The position numbers and the translations under genes are program-made. Below the pieces are notes generated by a model. That model worked only from the letters and a program-made list of their open reading frames with translations. It was not told where the DNA came from and did no database searches. Positions 35,859 through 44,800 of a DNA stretch of 46,782 bases are shown here, in pieces. Source of the DNA: an uncultured Desulfobacteraceae bacterium (GTDB taxonomy: Bacteria > Desulfobacterota > DSM-4660 > Desulfatiglandales > Desulfatiglandaceae); contig CAYOIU010000002.1 in assembly GCA_964404085.1 (NCBI GenBank), positions 1 to 46,782 of the forward strand. The letters are read 5' to 3'. Position 1 is the first letter of the stretch. Every line of letters begins with the position of its first letter.

Positions 35859-37415
35859 ATGAAATTTTTGAAAGTCATCTTGTTTGTTGTGATTGTCGCT
35901 TCCCTGGCTTTCCTGCCTGCCCAGAGTTTTGCAAAACAGACCCTGGTTTACGGGACGACCGAGAAAGTCACCGACATGGACCCCGCCCATGCCTATGATT
36001 TTCACACATGGGAGATCTTCTACAACATCTACCAGGGACTTATGAAATACCCCGCCGGAAAGACCAACCTGGTCCCGGGCCTGGCCAAGTCCTACACCAT
36101 CAGCAAGGATGGAAAGGAATACACCTTCCAGCTCAGGCAAGGGGTGAAATTTACGGACGGGACGCCTTTTGACGCCAATGCGGTTAAGTGGTCCATCGAC
36201 CGGGTCATGGCTTTGAAGGGAGACCCGTCGTGGCTGGTTACCGATTTTGTGGACCACGTGGAGGTCATGGGCAAGTACGCGGTCAAGTTCGTGCTGAAGA
36301 ATGCCGTCGCCTACTTCCCGTCTCTTGTGGCCTCGCCGCCTTATTACCCGGTAAACCCCAATGTCTACCCCAAGGACAAAATCGTCCGCGACCCCTCGGA
36401 GCTGAAAGGGGGAAAGCTCGTAGGCCTGGGTCCTTACAAAGTGGCCTCCTTCAAGAGGGATCAGGAGATCGTCCTCGAAGCAAACACCACTTATTACGGG
36501 GATAAGCCTATGAACGATCGGATCGTGATCCGGTATTTTGCGGACGCAACGACGATGCGCCTGGCCCTTGAAAAAGGGGAACTGGATTTCGCCTTCAAGA
36601 CCCTCAACCCCTCGGACATCAATGATCTGCAGAAGTCCAAGACCCTCAATACCATCAAGGGACAAGGCCCCTACATCCGCTATCTATGCTTTCTGACCAA
36701 TACACCGCCCTTTAACGACAGGGTCCTAAGACAAGCGCTTGCCGCCACGGTCAACAGAAAGGCGTTGCTGAAAAAGGTCTTTCTCGGACAGAATGCACCG
36801 CTCTATTCCATGGTCCCCATGGGCATGTGGTCCCACGTCGATGCCTTCAAGACAGCCATGGGTGACGGGAACGTGGCTCTGGCCAAGAAACTGCTGGCCT
36901 CAAAGGGTTATAACGAAAGCAACAAGCTGACCTTTGACCTCTGGTACACACCCAGCCACTACGGTGACACGGAAGTGGATATGGCCGCCGTTCTCAAGGC
37001 CCAGTTCGAAGCCACCGGCGTCATGAAGGTCAACGTCAAATCCGCGGAATGGGCAGCCTACAAGGATAACTGGAAGAACAAGGTCATGCCGGTCTGGCTC
37101 CTGGGCTGGTATCCCGACTACATCGACCCGGACAACTACACGAACGCATTTGCGGGTACCGCCGGGTCCATCGGTATGGGCATCCATTTTTCCAGCCCGC
37201 TCTGGGACAAGTTGTTCGTGGACGGTCAAACCATCACCAAGGAAAGGAAAAGACTGGCTGTTTACAAGCAGATCCAGTCTATGTGGGCGGATGACGTGCC
37301 CACAGCCCCTATCTTCCAGGGGTCGCTCTATCTCTTTTCACAGAAGGGAATCAAGGGCATCATGGTGTCGCCCACCCTGCAATTCAACTACGGCCCCATA
37401 CACCGGGTCAAATAG
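35859..37415 (+). CDS. ABC transporter substrate-binding protein, family 5 (peptide/nickel/opine type)
   Basis: Signal peptide MKFLKVILFVVIVASLAFLPAQSFA, then QTLVYGTTEKVTDMDPAHAYD..., a 518-aa SBP_bac_5-like layout. AAAGGAGG RBS. Confidence 0.92.
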   Translation: MKFLKVILFVVIVASLAFLPAQSFAKQTLVYGTTEKVTDMDPAHAYDFHTWEIFYNIYQGLMKYPAGKTNLVPGLAKSYTISKDGKEYTFQLRQGVKFTDGTPFDANAVKWSIDRVMALKGDPSWLVTDFVDHVEVMGKYAVKFVLKNAVAYFPSLVASPPYYPVNPNVYPKDKIVRDPSELKGGKLVGLGPYKVASFKRDQEIVLEANTTYYGDKPMNDRIVIRYFADATTMRLALEKGELDFAFKTLNPSDINDLQKSKTLNTIKGQGPYIRYLCFLTNTPPFNDRVLRQALAATVNRKALLKKVFLGQNAPLYSMVPMGMWSHVDAFKTAMGDGNVALAKKLLASKGYNESNKLTFDLWYTPSHYGDTEVDMAAVLKAQFEATGVMKVNVKSAEWAAYKDNWKNKVMPVWLLGWYPDYIDPDNYTNAFAGTAGSIGMGIHFSSPLWDKLFVDGQTITKERKRLAVYKQIQSMWADDVPTAPIFQGSLYLFSQKGIKGIMVSPTLQFNYGPIHRVK

Positions 37416-37421
37416 TCTTTG

Positions 37422-37453
37422 AGGGCCGGGCGCCAGCCCGGCCCTTTGTTTTT
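37422..37453 (+). terminator. Rho-independent terminator/attenuator between the binding-protein and permease genes
   Basis: AGGGCCGGGC (37422-37431), loop GCCA, GCCCGGCCCT (37436-37445), then TTGTTTTT. A perfect 10-bp GC stem plus a T-tract. Confidence 0.68.
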
Positions 37454-37462
37454 CGAGGATCC

Positions 37463-38482
37463 ATGAAGAAGAGTCTCGCCCGGTACATCATTATCAGGCT
37501 TCTGTTGACCATCCCCATGGTCTTCATCCTCCTGAGTATCGTTTTCGTAGTCCTGCGGGTCATGCCCGGGGACCCTGTATCTTCCATGCTCGGAGGCCAC
37601 GCACCGGAAAAGGTCATCGAACAGAAAAAAGAAGAGCTCGGTCTGAACCGGTCTTTGCCTGTCCAATACGTCCAGTACCTCTGGAAGGTGTGTCACCTCG
37701 ACCTGGGTGAATCCATGGTATTCAAGGAAAAGGTGACCCGGGCCATTTCCGACAAACTGCCGGCGACCATCGAATTGACGTTTTTCGGGATGATCATTAC
37801 CCTCTTCATGGGCGTCTTCATGGGGGCCTATGCCGCGGACAAGAGACGAACAACCCAGGACTACTCCATACGGCTCTACGGTATTGTGGTCTATTGCATC
37901 CCTGTCTACTGGATGGGTCTCATGTTGCAGCTCATCTTCGGGATCTGGCTCGATGTGCTCCCCATCGCCGGCAGGGTCGGCGCCAGGATTTTTACTTCGG
38001 ACTTTGAGAAGACCGGGTTCTATGTACTGGACACCCTCATGGCGGGGGACTTTGCTTCCCTGGGGGATGTCCTGCTCCACCTGGTCCTGCCCGCATTTAC
38101 GCTTGGGATCGTGCTTTCAGGAATCTTCGTGCGTCTGACCCGGGCCAATATGCTGGATGTCTTGAAATCAGATTATATCCTTGCGGCGGAGGCGAGGGGG
38201 ATCCAACATCGCAAGATCGTCTACAAACACGCCCTGAAAAACGCCTTCATCCCCATTTTGACCATGATGGGTCTCCAGTTCGCCCTCCTCATGGCAGGGG
38301 CCGTCCTCACAGAGACCACGTTTTCCTGGCCGGGCATGGGGCGGCTTCTCCTGGAACGCATCTACCTGAGGGACTACCCCACCATTCAGGGAGTTATTAT
38401 CGTTGTGGCCCTGGGTGTGGCCATGGCTTCCCTTGTGGTGGACGTGGTCTATGCCATGGTGGACCCAAGGGTAAGGTATTAG
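37463..38482 (+). CDS. ABC transporter permease (OppB/DppB-like)
   Basis: 339 aa. N-terminal ARYIIIRLLLTIPMVFIL, and the EAA-like loop DYILAAEARGIQHRKIVYKHALKNA. Confidence 0.92.
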   Translation: MKKSLARYIIIRLLLTIPMVFILLSIVFVVLRVMPGDPVSSMLGGHAPEKVIEQKKEELGLNRSLPVQYVQYLWKVCHLDLGESMVFKEKVTRAISDKLPATIELTFFGMIITLFMGVFMGAYAADKRRTTQDYSIRLYGIVVYCIPVYWMGLMLQLIFGIWLDVLPIAGRVGARIFTSDFEKTGFYVLDTLMAGDFASLGDVLLHLVLPAFTLGIVLSGIFVRLTRANMLDVLKSDYILAAEARGIQHRKIVYKHALKNAFIPILTMMGLQFALLMAGAVLTETTFSWPGMGRLLLERIYLRDYPTIQGVIIVVALGVAMASLVVDVVYAMVDPRVRY

Positions 38483-38487
38483 GAGTA

Positions 38488-39375
38488 ATGATGAAATATT
38501 CACCAGCAACGGGAATGGCCAGATTGATCTCCGGGTTCACCGGGCTCGGGAAGAAGTACGGGCTCGAGTGGTGGATCCTGGTCATAGGCGCCTTGATCAT
38601 CCTTGCCATCGTGTACATGGCTGCCTTTCCCGGTACCATTGCACCCTTCAGTCCCTATGACCAGGAGACGGGACCCCAACTCGCCCCGCCGGGCGCGGTA
38701 CATTTTATGGGAACCGACATTCTCCAGCGGGACGTCTGGTCCAGGATCGTCTTTGGTTCACAGACCATCCTAAGGGTGGCGATCCTGGCCGCACTGGTTT
38801 CCTCCTTTTTCGGCATTACCATGGGGCTGATTTCCGGTTTTTCAGGGGGCTGGTTCGACAAGGTCTTATCCTTGATCATGGATTCCCTCTATTCTTTTCC
38901 AGGCCTGATCCTGGCCATTGCCTTCGCCGCCATGCTGGGGCCGGGTGTCATCAACATCATGCTGGCCGTGGCAGTCATCTACATACCCACCTATTTTCGG
39001 TTGGTGAGGGGGCAGACCCTCTCTATCAAAGAAGAGCTCTATGTGGAGGCGGCCAAGGCCATCGGCGCGTCCCGCTTTACCATATTGTGGCAGTACATCT
39101 TTCCCAATGTCATTGCCACGACGGCGGTGGTATTCACCCTGAATGTGGCTGACGCCATCATGACCGAGGCGGCGCTGACCTATCTCGGCCTGGGACTGCC
39201 CCCCTCTATTGTGGATTGGGGTATGGACCTGGCCATGGGTAAGAAGTTCCTGCCCTCGGGTCAGTGGTGGCTCATCACGTTCCCCGGGGTGATGATCTCC
39301 CTCCTGGCCCTGGGGTTTACCATGCTGGGAGAGGGGCTTGCGGAGATCCTGAATCCCAGGCTGCTGGAGCGATAG
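38488..39375 (+). CDS. ABC transporter permease (OppC/DppC-like)
   Basis: 295 aa. GTDILQRDVWSRIVFGSQ and YVEAAKAIGASRFTILWQYIFPN. ATG at 38488 or 38491 after AGGAG. Confidence 0.92.
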   Translation: MMKYSPATGMARLISGFTGLGKKYGLEWWILVIGALIILAIVYMAAFPGTIAPFSPYDQETGPQLAPPGAVHFMGTDILQRDVWSRIVFGSQTILRVAILAALVSSFFGITMGLISGFSGGWFDKVLSLIMDSLYSFPGLILAIAFAAMLGPGVINIMLAVAVIYIPTYFRLVRGQTLSIKEELYVEAAKAIGASRFTILWQYIFPNVIATTAVVFTLNVADAIMTEAALTYLGLGLPPSIVDWGMDLAMGKKFLPSGQWWLITFPGVMISLLALGFTMLGEGLAEILNPRLLER

Positions 39376-39379
39376 ACGG

Positions 39380-40357
39380 GTGGAAAACATCCTGGAAATA
39401 GAAAACCTATCGGTTCACTTCCCTATCAATATAGGAACGGTCCGGGCCGTGAACCGTGTGAGCCTGAAAATAAAGCAAGGAGAGGTGATGGGCCTCGTGG
39501 GTGAAAGCGGGTGTGGCAAATCCACCCTCGGGTTCTCCATTCTCAGACTTCTCAGACCCCCCGGGCAGATCGTGGACGGCAAGATCCTCTATCATGGCCA
39601 CGATATCGTCCAGATGAAGAAGAATGAACTCCTTTCCCTTAGGGGCAAAAGAATTGCCATGATTTTCCAGGACCCCTTGACGTCCCTGAACCCCCTTTTT
39701 CGCATTGATCAACAATTCATCGAGACCCTTGAGACCCATGAAAAGGGCATAGGCAGAAAGGAGGCCTTCAAGCGGGCCGAAAACATGCTGGAGAGCCTGG
39801 GAATCTCCCCGGAGAGGCTTCTGGAATACCCGCACCAGATGTCTGGCGGCATGCGACAGCGCATCATGATCGGCATGGGACTCATCCTAAACCCGGATTT
39901 CCTGATTGCAGACGAACCGACAACAGCCCTCGACGTGATCGTGGAGGCCCAGTTCCTCGACCTGCTGAATGACCTTCGGAAGCAGTTTAACCTGACCATT
40001 ATTCTCATTACCCATAACCTCGGAAACGTTGCGCAACTGGCGGACAGGATCACGGTGATGTATGGGGGCAGTATCGCCGAGGTCGGCGGAGCCAACGAAA
40101 TCTTCGAAGAGCCCCTCCACCCTTACACCCAGGGTCTGCTGGCCTCCATACCCAATATCAAGCTGGACCAGCCAAAACTCGAAACCATGCCCGGGAGCCC
40201 TCCCGATTTGGTCGACCCGCCTGCGGGCTGCGTGTTTCATCCCCGGTGTCCCCGCGCGATGGATGTCTGCAGAAACGAGAGACCTGAGATGATCGCGAAA
40301 AACGGGCACCTGGTTTCCTGCTGGCTCTATGGACGACGATCTCAATGGAAGAACTGA
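39380..40357 (+). CDS. ABC transporter ATP-binding protein (OppD/DppD-like)
   Basis: GTG start. Motifs GESGCGKST, MSGGMRQRIMIG, LIADEPTTALD, and the C-terminal oligopeptide-type HPYTQGLL...CVFHPRCP. Confidence 0.92.
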   Translation: MENILEIENLSVHFPINIGTVRAVNRVSLKIKQGEVMGLVGESGCGKSTLGFSILRLLRPPGQIVDGKILYHGHDIVQMKKNELLSLRGKRIAMIFQDPLTSLNPLFRIDQQFIETLETHEKGIGRKEAFKRAENMLESLGISPERLLEYPHQMSGGMRQRIMIGMGLILNPDFLIADEPTTALDVIVEAQFLDLLNDLRKQFNLTIILITHNLGNVAQLADRITVMYGGSIAEVGGANEIFEEPLHPYTQGLLASIPNIKLDQPKLETMPGSPPDLVDPPAGCVFHPRCPRAMDVCRNERPEMIAKNGHLVSCWLYGRRSQWKN

Positions 40358-41340
40358 TAACGGTTAGAAACCTCAAGAAACACTTCCCCCTCCAGAAGGG
40401 TCTGATCGACAATCTTCTTGCCAAGGAAAAGCGCTTTGTCAGGGCCGTCGACGGGGTGTCCTTCACCATACAAAAGGGAGAGGTCCTGGGACTCGTGGGA
40501 GAAAGCGGGTGCGGCAAGACCACAACGGGGAGGCTGATCCTGCGGCTTCTGGAGCCGACTTCCGGCGAGATGCTGTACCATGGCACACCCCTGTCTTCCT
40601 ATTCCACCGTCGAAATGGCCGGGATGCGAAAAAAAATGCAGATCATCTTCCAGGACCCTTATGCCTCTCTCAGCCCCCGCATGTCCATCGGCAAGGCCGT
40701 CTCCCACCCCCTGGCCATCCACAGTGATTACGACAAGGCGGAGCGAAAAAAGATCTGCATCCAGATCATGGAAAAGGTGGGTCTGACCCCGGCTTCGTTT
40801 CTCTACAGGAAATACCCCCACCAGCTTTCGGGAGGCCAGCGGCAGCGCGTGGTGATCGCCAGGGCCCTGGTGACCCGGCCGGAATTCGTGGTGGCCGACG
40901 AACCCATCGCCATGGCGGATGTCTCGGTCAGGGCCCTCATCTTGGAGCTCATGGGACAGCTCAAAGAGGAATTCGATCTCACCTACCTATTCATCACCCA
41001 CGACCTGGCCACATGCAAGTACATCTGTGACCGTGTGGCCATCATGTATCTGGGAAAGATCGTCGAAATAGGCCCCCTGGACAAGGTCTTCAAGAACCCC
41101 ATCCATCCCTATACCACAACGCTTCTTGCGGCCGTCCCTGTGCCGGACCCCAAGTTCCGAAGGACCGAACCCATCCCGACGGGGGAGATCCCCAGCGCCA
41201 TCAATCCCCCTCCCGGCTGCAGCTTTCATCCCCGCTGTCATTTCGCCGAACCCGGGTGTCGCATTAATGACCCTGATTTGATTGCGGTGGATAACGATCA
41301 CCAGGTCGCCTGCCCGGTCCGGACTCTCTCTCAATCCTAA
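40345..41340 (+). CDS. ABC transporter ATP-binding protein (OppF/DppF-like)
   Basis: Motifs GESGCGKTT, LSGGQRQRVVIA, VVADEP, HPYTTTLL...CSFHPRC. Overlaps the previous gene by 13 nt. Confidence 0.92.
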   Translation: MEELITVRNLKKHFPLQKGLIDNLLAKEKRFVRAVDGVSFTIQKGEVLGLVGESGCGKTTTGRLILRLLEPTSGEMLYHGTPLSSYSTVEMAGMRKKMQIIFQDPYASLSPRMSIGKAVSHPLAIHSDYDKAERKKICIQIMEKVGLTPASFLYRKYPHQLSGGQRQRVVIARALVTRPEFVVADEPIAMADVSVRALILELMGQLKEEFDLTYLFITHDLATCKYICDRVAIMYLGKIVEIGPLDKVFKNPIHPYTTTLLAAVPVPDPKFRRTEPIPTGEIPSAINPPPGCSFHPRCHFAEPGCRINDPDLIAVDNDHQVACPVRTLSQS

Positions 41341-41514
41341 AGCATTTTCTTCATTTCGCTATCTCTGTGACCTCTACTTCAATACACATGCACCCTCAGG
41401 GTTTCAGGATGAAATTGGGCGCCGATATTCGTCTTTTCAGGTGAAGGACTTGATGTTGAACTATGGTACCAAATAGGATATGGTGTGCCGAAACTCAAAA
41501 GGAGACGAAATGAA

Positions 41515-42237
41515 ATGCAGATAACGGAAGGGCTTTATTTCATACCAGGTCAGGACGAAATGATTCCCGATTCCCACTCCTACGTGATCGGTCTGCCGTC
41601 CAGCAATGATCTCACCCTGATCGACCCCGGCCTCATGGGCAAAGGACAGTATAAGATTGAGGCCATAAAAAGCGACGGCATTGTCCTCTCCTCCATCAAA
41701 CGGATCATCATGACCCATACCCACCTGGACCACATCGGCTGCCTGCCCGAGATCCTGGAATCCATCCCCCGGGCGGAGCTCTGGGTCCACAGGGAAGAGG
41801 CCATACCCCTGGAACAGGGTGATGAGCGAACGGTCTATGGGATGGACATGTTTCAACAGATGTGCCAGGCCCAGTACGGAACCAAGCCCGGCCTCTTTCA
41901 ATTTCAGGTGGACTGCAAACTGGAAGGCGGGGTAAGCCTTGAAATCGGCGGCATGACCTGGGATGTGATCCACATCCCCGGGCATTCCAGCGGCAGCATC
42001 GCCCTCTACCATTCCGAAGACGGGATTCTCATCCCCGGTGACACCGTCTATGCCGATTACGCCATCGGACGGTTTGACCTCCACGGCGCCGGCGGGCCCC
42101 AGCTCAGGGACTCCCTCAAAACCCTGGCCGAGATGGACGTGAGCGTTCTTCTCCCGGGGCACAACCGAATTATGGAACAAGTCCCTGACGGATATATCCG
42201 GGAAACGGCACGCCAATGGGAACCGTATCTTTCTTAG
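41515..42237 (+). CDS. MBL-fold metallo-hydrolase
   Basis: HxHxDH motif (IMTHTHLDHIG), IPGHSSGS and GDTV. The ATG at 41515 lies 10 nt after GGAG. The track start at 41485 is GTG. Confidence 0.85.
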   Translation: MQITEGLYFIPGQDEMIPDSHSYVIGLPSSNDLTLIDPGLMGKGQYKIEAIKSDGIVLSSIKRIIMTHTHLDHIGCLPEILESIPRAELWVHREEAIPLEQGDERTVYGMDMFQQMCQAQYGTKPGLFQFQVDCKLEGGVSLEIGGMTWDVIHIPGHSSGSIALYHSEDGILIPGDTVYADYAIGRFDLHGAGGPQLRDSLKTLAEMDVSVLLPGHNRIMEQVPDGYIRETARQWEPYLS

Positions 42238-42436
42238 CCCGGATTTCTCACCAATCCCGCGACGCGCGGGACTGTGACGGTGGATAACCCATGCCTATTG
42301 CGTTGTGCTTGAAAAATGACCTCGACGTACTTTACAAGTATGCCTGTGGCCATTTTCCTTCGCGCGCCTTATATTCATGGGCTTCTCCGCCGTCTCGCGA
42401 CGAAGGTCGTTGAGAAACCCGGGTTAGCAACTGTGA

Positions 42437-42919
42437 ATGAAAGAAGAAGACATGAAAAAATTCAATCCTGAGCACATCCAGGCCATTGCGGCCACTGTCA
42501 ACAACTGCCCCTATTTCAAGCTCCTTTCCGCAGAACTCAAGTCCCTCGGGTGGGGAGAATCCCACCTGGAACTGGAGATTCAGAGGAAGCACTTGCAGCC
42601 GTACGGGCTCGTCCATGGCGGTGTCTGCGCCTCCATCATCGACGCGGCCGCCTTCTGGGCCGTCTATGCAGGCTTTGAAAAGGTGGTGGGGTTGACCACG
42701 GTGGAGATCAAGGTCAATTACCTGGCCCCGATAAGTGAAGGACGTCTCATTGCCAGGGGAAAATGCATCAAGGCGGGGAAGACCATCTGTCTGGCCGATG
42801 CCTCCGTCCACGACGGAAAAGGAAAGCTTGTGGCCCACGGCACTTCCACCCTGATGGTCCTGGAATCCATGAAGCTCAACGGCCAGAAAGACCTTCCACC
42901 CAAGTTCACGGAGGACTAG
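42437..42919 (+). CDS. PaaI-family (hotdog-fold) thioesterase
   Basis: 160 aa with YGLVHGGVCASIIDAA and LIARGKCIKAGKTICLADASV, the typical PaaI/4HBT-II layout. Confidence 0.85.
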   Translation: MKEEDMKKFNPEHIQAIAATVNNCPYFKLLSAELKSLGWGESHLELEIQRKHLQPYGLVHGGVCASIIDAAAFWAVYAGFEKVVGLTTVEIKVNYLAPISEGRLIARGKCIKAGKTICLADASVHDGKGKLVAHGTSTLMVLESMKLNGQKDLPPKFTED

Positions 42920-43719
42920 GTCAACCACCGCTTCCGTCTCTTGTAGTGCTTCACGTCCCGGTAGCTCTTCTTCTTGCCCAAATCGCTGAGCCCGAGGTAG
43001 AATTCCCTCACATCGGCATTTTCCCTGAGTTTCTCCACCGTATCGTCCAGAACGATCCGACCGTTTTCCATCACGTACCCGTGATCGGCAATGCTCAATG
43101 CCAGCCGGGCGTTTTGCTCCACCAGGAGTATGCTGACCCTCCCCTCCTTGTTGATCTGTTGAATGATCCTGAATATCTCGGAGACCAGGAGCGGGGAGAG
43201 ACCCATGGACGGTTCATCCAGCAGCATTAACTTGGGCGAAGACATGAGGCCCCGGCCAATCACCAGCATCTGCTGCTCGCCTCCACTGATATATCCGGCA
43301 AGCACACTTTTTCTGGCCTTCAGCCTTGGGAAATAATCATAGACCATGCGCATGTCCGCTTTCAGCCTTGCCCGGCTCTTGTTGGTATGGCCGCCGGCAA
43401 TAAGATTTTCATCCACGGTCAAGTCTTCGAATACCCGCCTCCCCTCCATGACCTGAAACATGCCCATCCGCACGATCTGTTCCGGGTACTTCCTGTCCAC
43501 CCGTTGCCCTCTGAAGGTGATGGAGCCGTCAGTCACCTCACCGTCTTCGGATTTCAACAGTCCCGAGACAGCCTTGAGCGTGGTGGTCTTGCCGGCGCCG
43601 TTGTTCCCGAGGACGGCAACCATCTGGCCCTCATTCACCTGAAGCGACATTCCCTTCAGGACGAGGATGACGTTATGATAAATAACCTCGATGTTGTTAA
43701 CGATCAGTAGTGGTTCCAA
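42916..43719 (-). CDS. ABC transporter ATP-binding protein (LivF-like) with a basic C-terminal tail
   Basis: Motifs GNNGAGKTT, ISGGEQQMLVIG, LMLLDEPS. It has the extra tail GKKKSYRDVKHYKRRKRWLT. Confidence 0.9.
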   Translation of the reverse strand: MEPLLIVNNIEVIYHNVILVLKGMSLQVNEGQMVAVLGNNGAGKTTTLKAVSGLLKSEDGEVTDGSITFRGQRVDRKYPEQIVRMGMFQVMEGRRVFEDLTVDENLIAGGHTNKSRARLKADMRMVYDYFPRLKARKSVLAGYISGGEQQMLVIGRGLMSSPKLMLLDEPSMGLSPLLVSEIFRIIQQINKEGRVSILLVEQNARLALSIADHGYVMENGRIVLDDTVEKLRENADVREFYLGLSDLGKKKSYRDVKHYKRRKRWLT

Positions 43720-43762
43720 TTGGTTTTCTCTAAATTCTTTCTCACGGGTTCAGCAAGCGAAT

Positions 43763-43938
43763 CTGAGAATCTTTTTCGGATGCTTTCTCATAGTGCACTT
43801 GGCACCCTACTCCGACATGGACGGCTATTTGGGGTTTATGCCTTCTAAACCCCGCGCTCGCTATTGCGAACCACTAAACACCAAATAACCGTCCATCCCC
43901 TCTGAAGTGTTTAGAAAGCGTCTGAAAAAGATTGTCAG
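43763..43938 (+). repeat. Hairpin-forming interspersed repeat, copy 3 (inside the ATPase operon spacer)
   Basis: CTGAGAATCTTTTTCGG...CTTTCTCATAGTGCACTTGGCAC (43783-43805)...GAAGTGTTTAGAAAGCGTCTGAAAAAGATTGTCAG. Same orientation as copies 1 and 2. It is the most diverged copy. Confidence 0.85.
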
Positions 43939-43989
43939 GTTCGGTTCCACTAAGTTATCCAGATGGATACCCCGTTCCCCAAATCCGGG

Positions 43990-44793
43990 TCAGGCGCCGA
44001 GGCGCGAAAAGGTGATGTCCTCCTCACCTAGATAGGCCTTGATGACATTTTCATCATGCCTGATCTCTTCAGGTTTTCCCTCAGCGATCTTCTGCCCGAA
44101 GTCTAGGACACAGATGCGGTCCGAGATATCCATGACCACACCCATATCGTGTTCAATCAGGATGATGGTCACGCCCCATTCTTCGTTTATGTCAAGGATG
44201 AAGCGGGCGATATCTTCTGTTTCTTCCAAGTTCATACCCGTCGCAGGTTCGTCCAGCAGGAGTATTCTGGGTCGCATGGCCAGGGCTCGGGCCAGCTCCA
44301 CACGTTTCTGGAGGCCGTAGGGCAGGGAGTGCACCACCTGTTTTCTGATAGGCTCAATTTCCAGGAGGTCTATGATCTTTTCCTCTATGTCCCTTCGAAG
44401 GACCATCTCCTCATTCCGGCACTTGCCGTAGTAGAGCCCACCTGAAAAGGAACCTGACTTGAGGTGAATGTGTGCGCCCAGCTTGATATTGTCCAGGGCG
44501 GTCATGTGGCCGAAGAGTTCCACATTCTGGAAGGTCCGGGCGATACCCAAGCCTGCTATCCTGTGGGGTCGAACGTGTGAGATATCCTTCCCTTCGAAGA
44601 CAATGCTTCCTCTCTGGGGATGGTAGAACCGGTTGATGCAGTTCAAGAGGCAGGTCTTTCCCGCCCCGTTGGGACCGATGATGGAAAAAATCTCCCCTTT
44701 CTTGACCCCCGTGCTCACGCCGTTCAACGCCTGGAGCCCCCCGAAACTCAGGTGGATGTCTTCTACGCTAAGCTGGTAGTCTTTCTCTTCCAT
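43990..44793 (-). CDS. ABC transporter ATP-binding protein (LivG-like)
   Basis: Motifs GPNGAGKTC, LPYGLQKRVELARAL, ILLLDEP, IEHDM. Confidence 0.9.
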   Translation of the reverse strand: MEEKDYQLSVEDIHLSFGGLQALNGVSTGVKKGEIFSIIGPNGAGKTCLLNCINRFYHPQRGSIVFEGKDISHVRPHRIAGLGIARTFQNVELFGHMTALDNIKLGAHIHLKSGSFSGGLYYGKCRNEEMVLRRDIEEKIIDLLEIEPIRKQVVHSLPYGLQKRVELARALAMRPRILLLDEPATGMNLEETEDIARFILDINEEWGVTIILIEHDMGVVMDISDRICVLDFGQKIAEGKPEEIRHDENVIKAYLGEEDITFSRLGA

Positions 44794-44800
44794 TTCACTT

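Noticed and set aside
42256-42270. Hairpin CCCGCG-ACG-CGCGGG after the MBL hydrolase gene.
   Set aside because: The stem is 6 bp with no following T-tract, so it is not a convincing intrinsic terminator.
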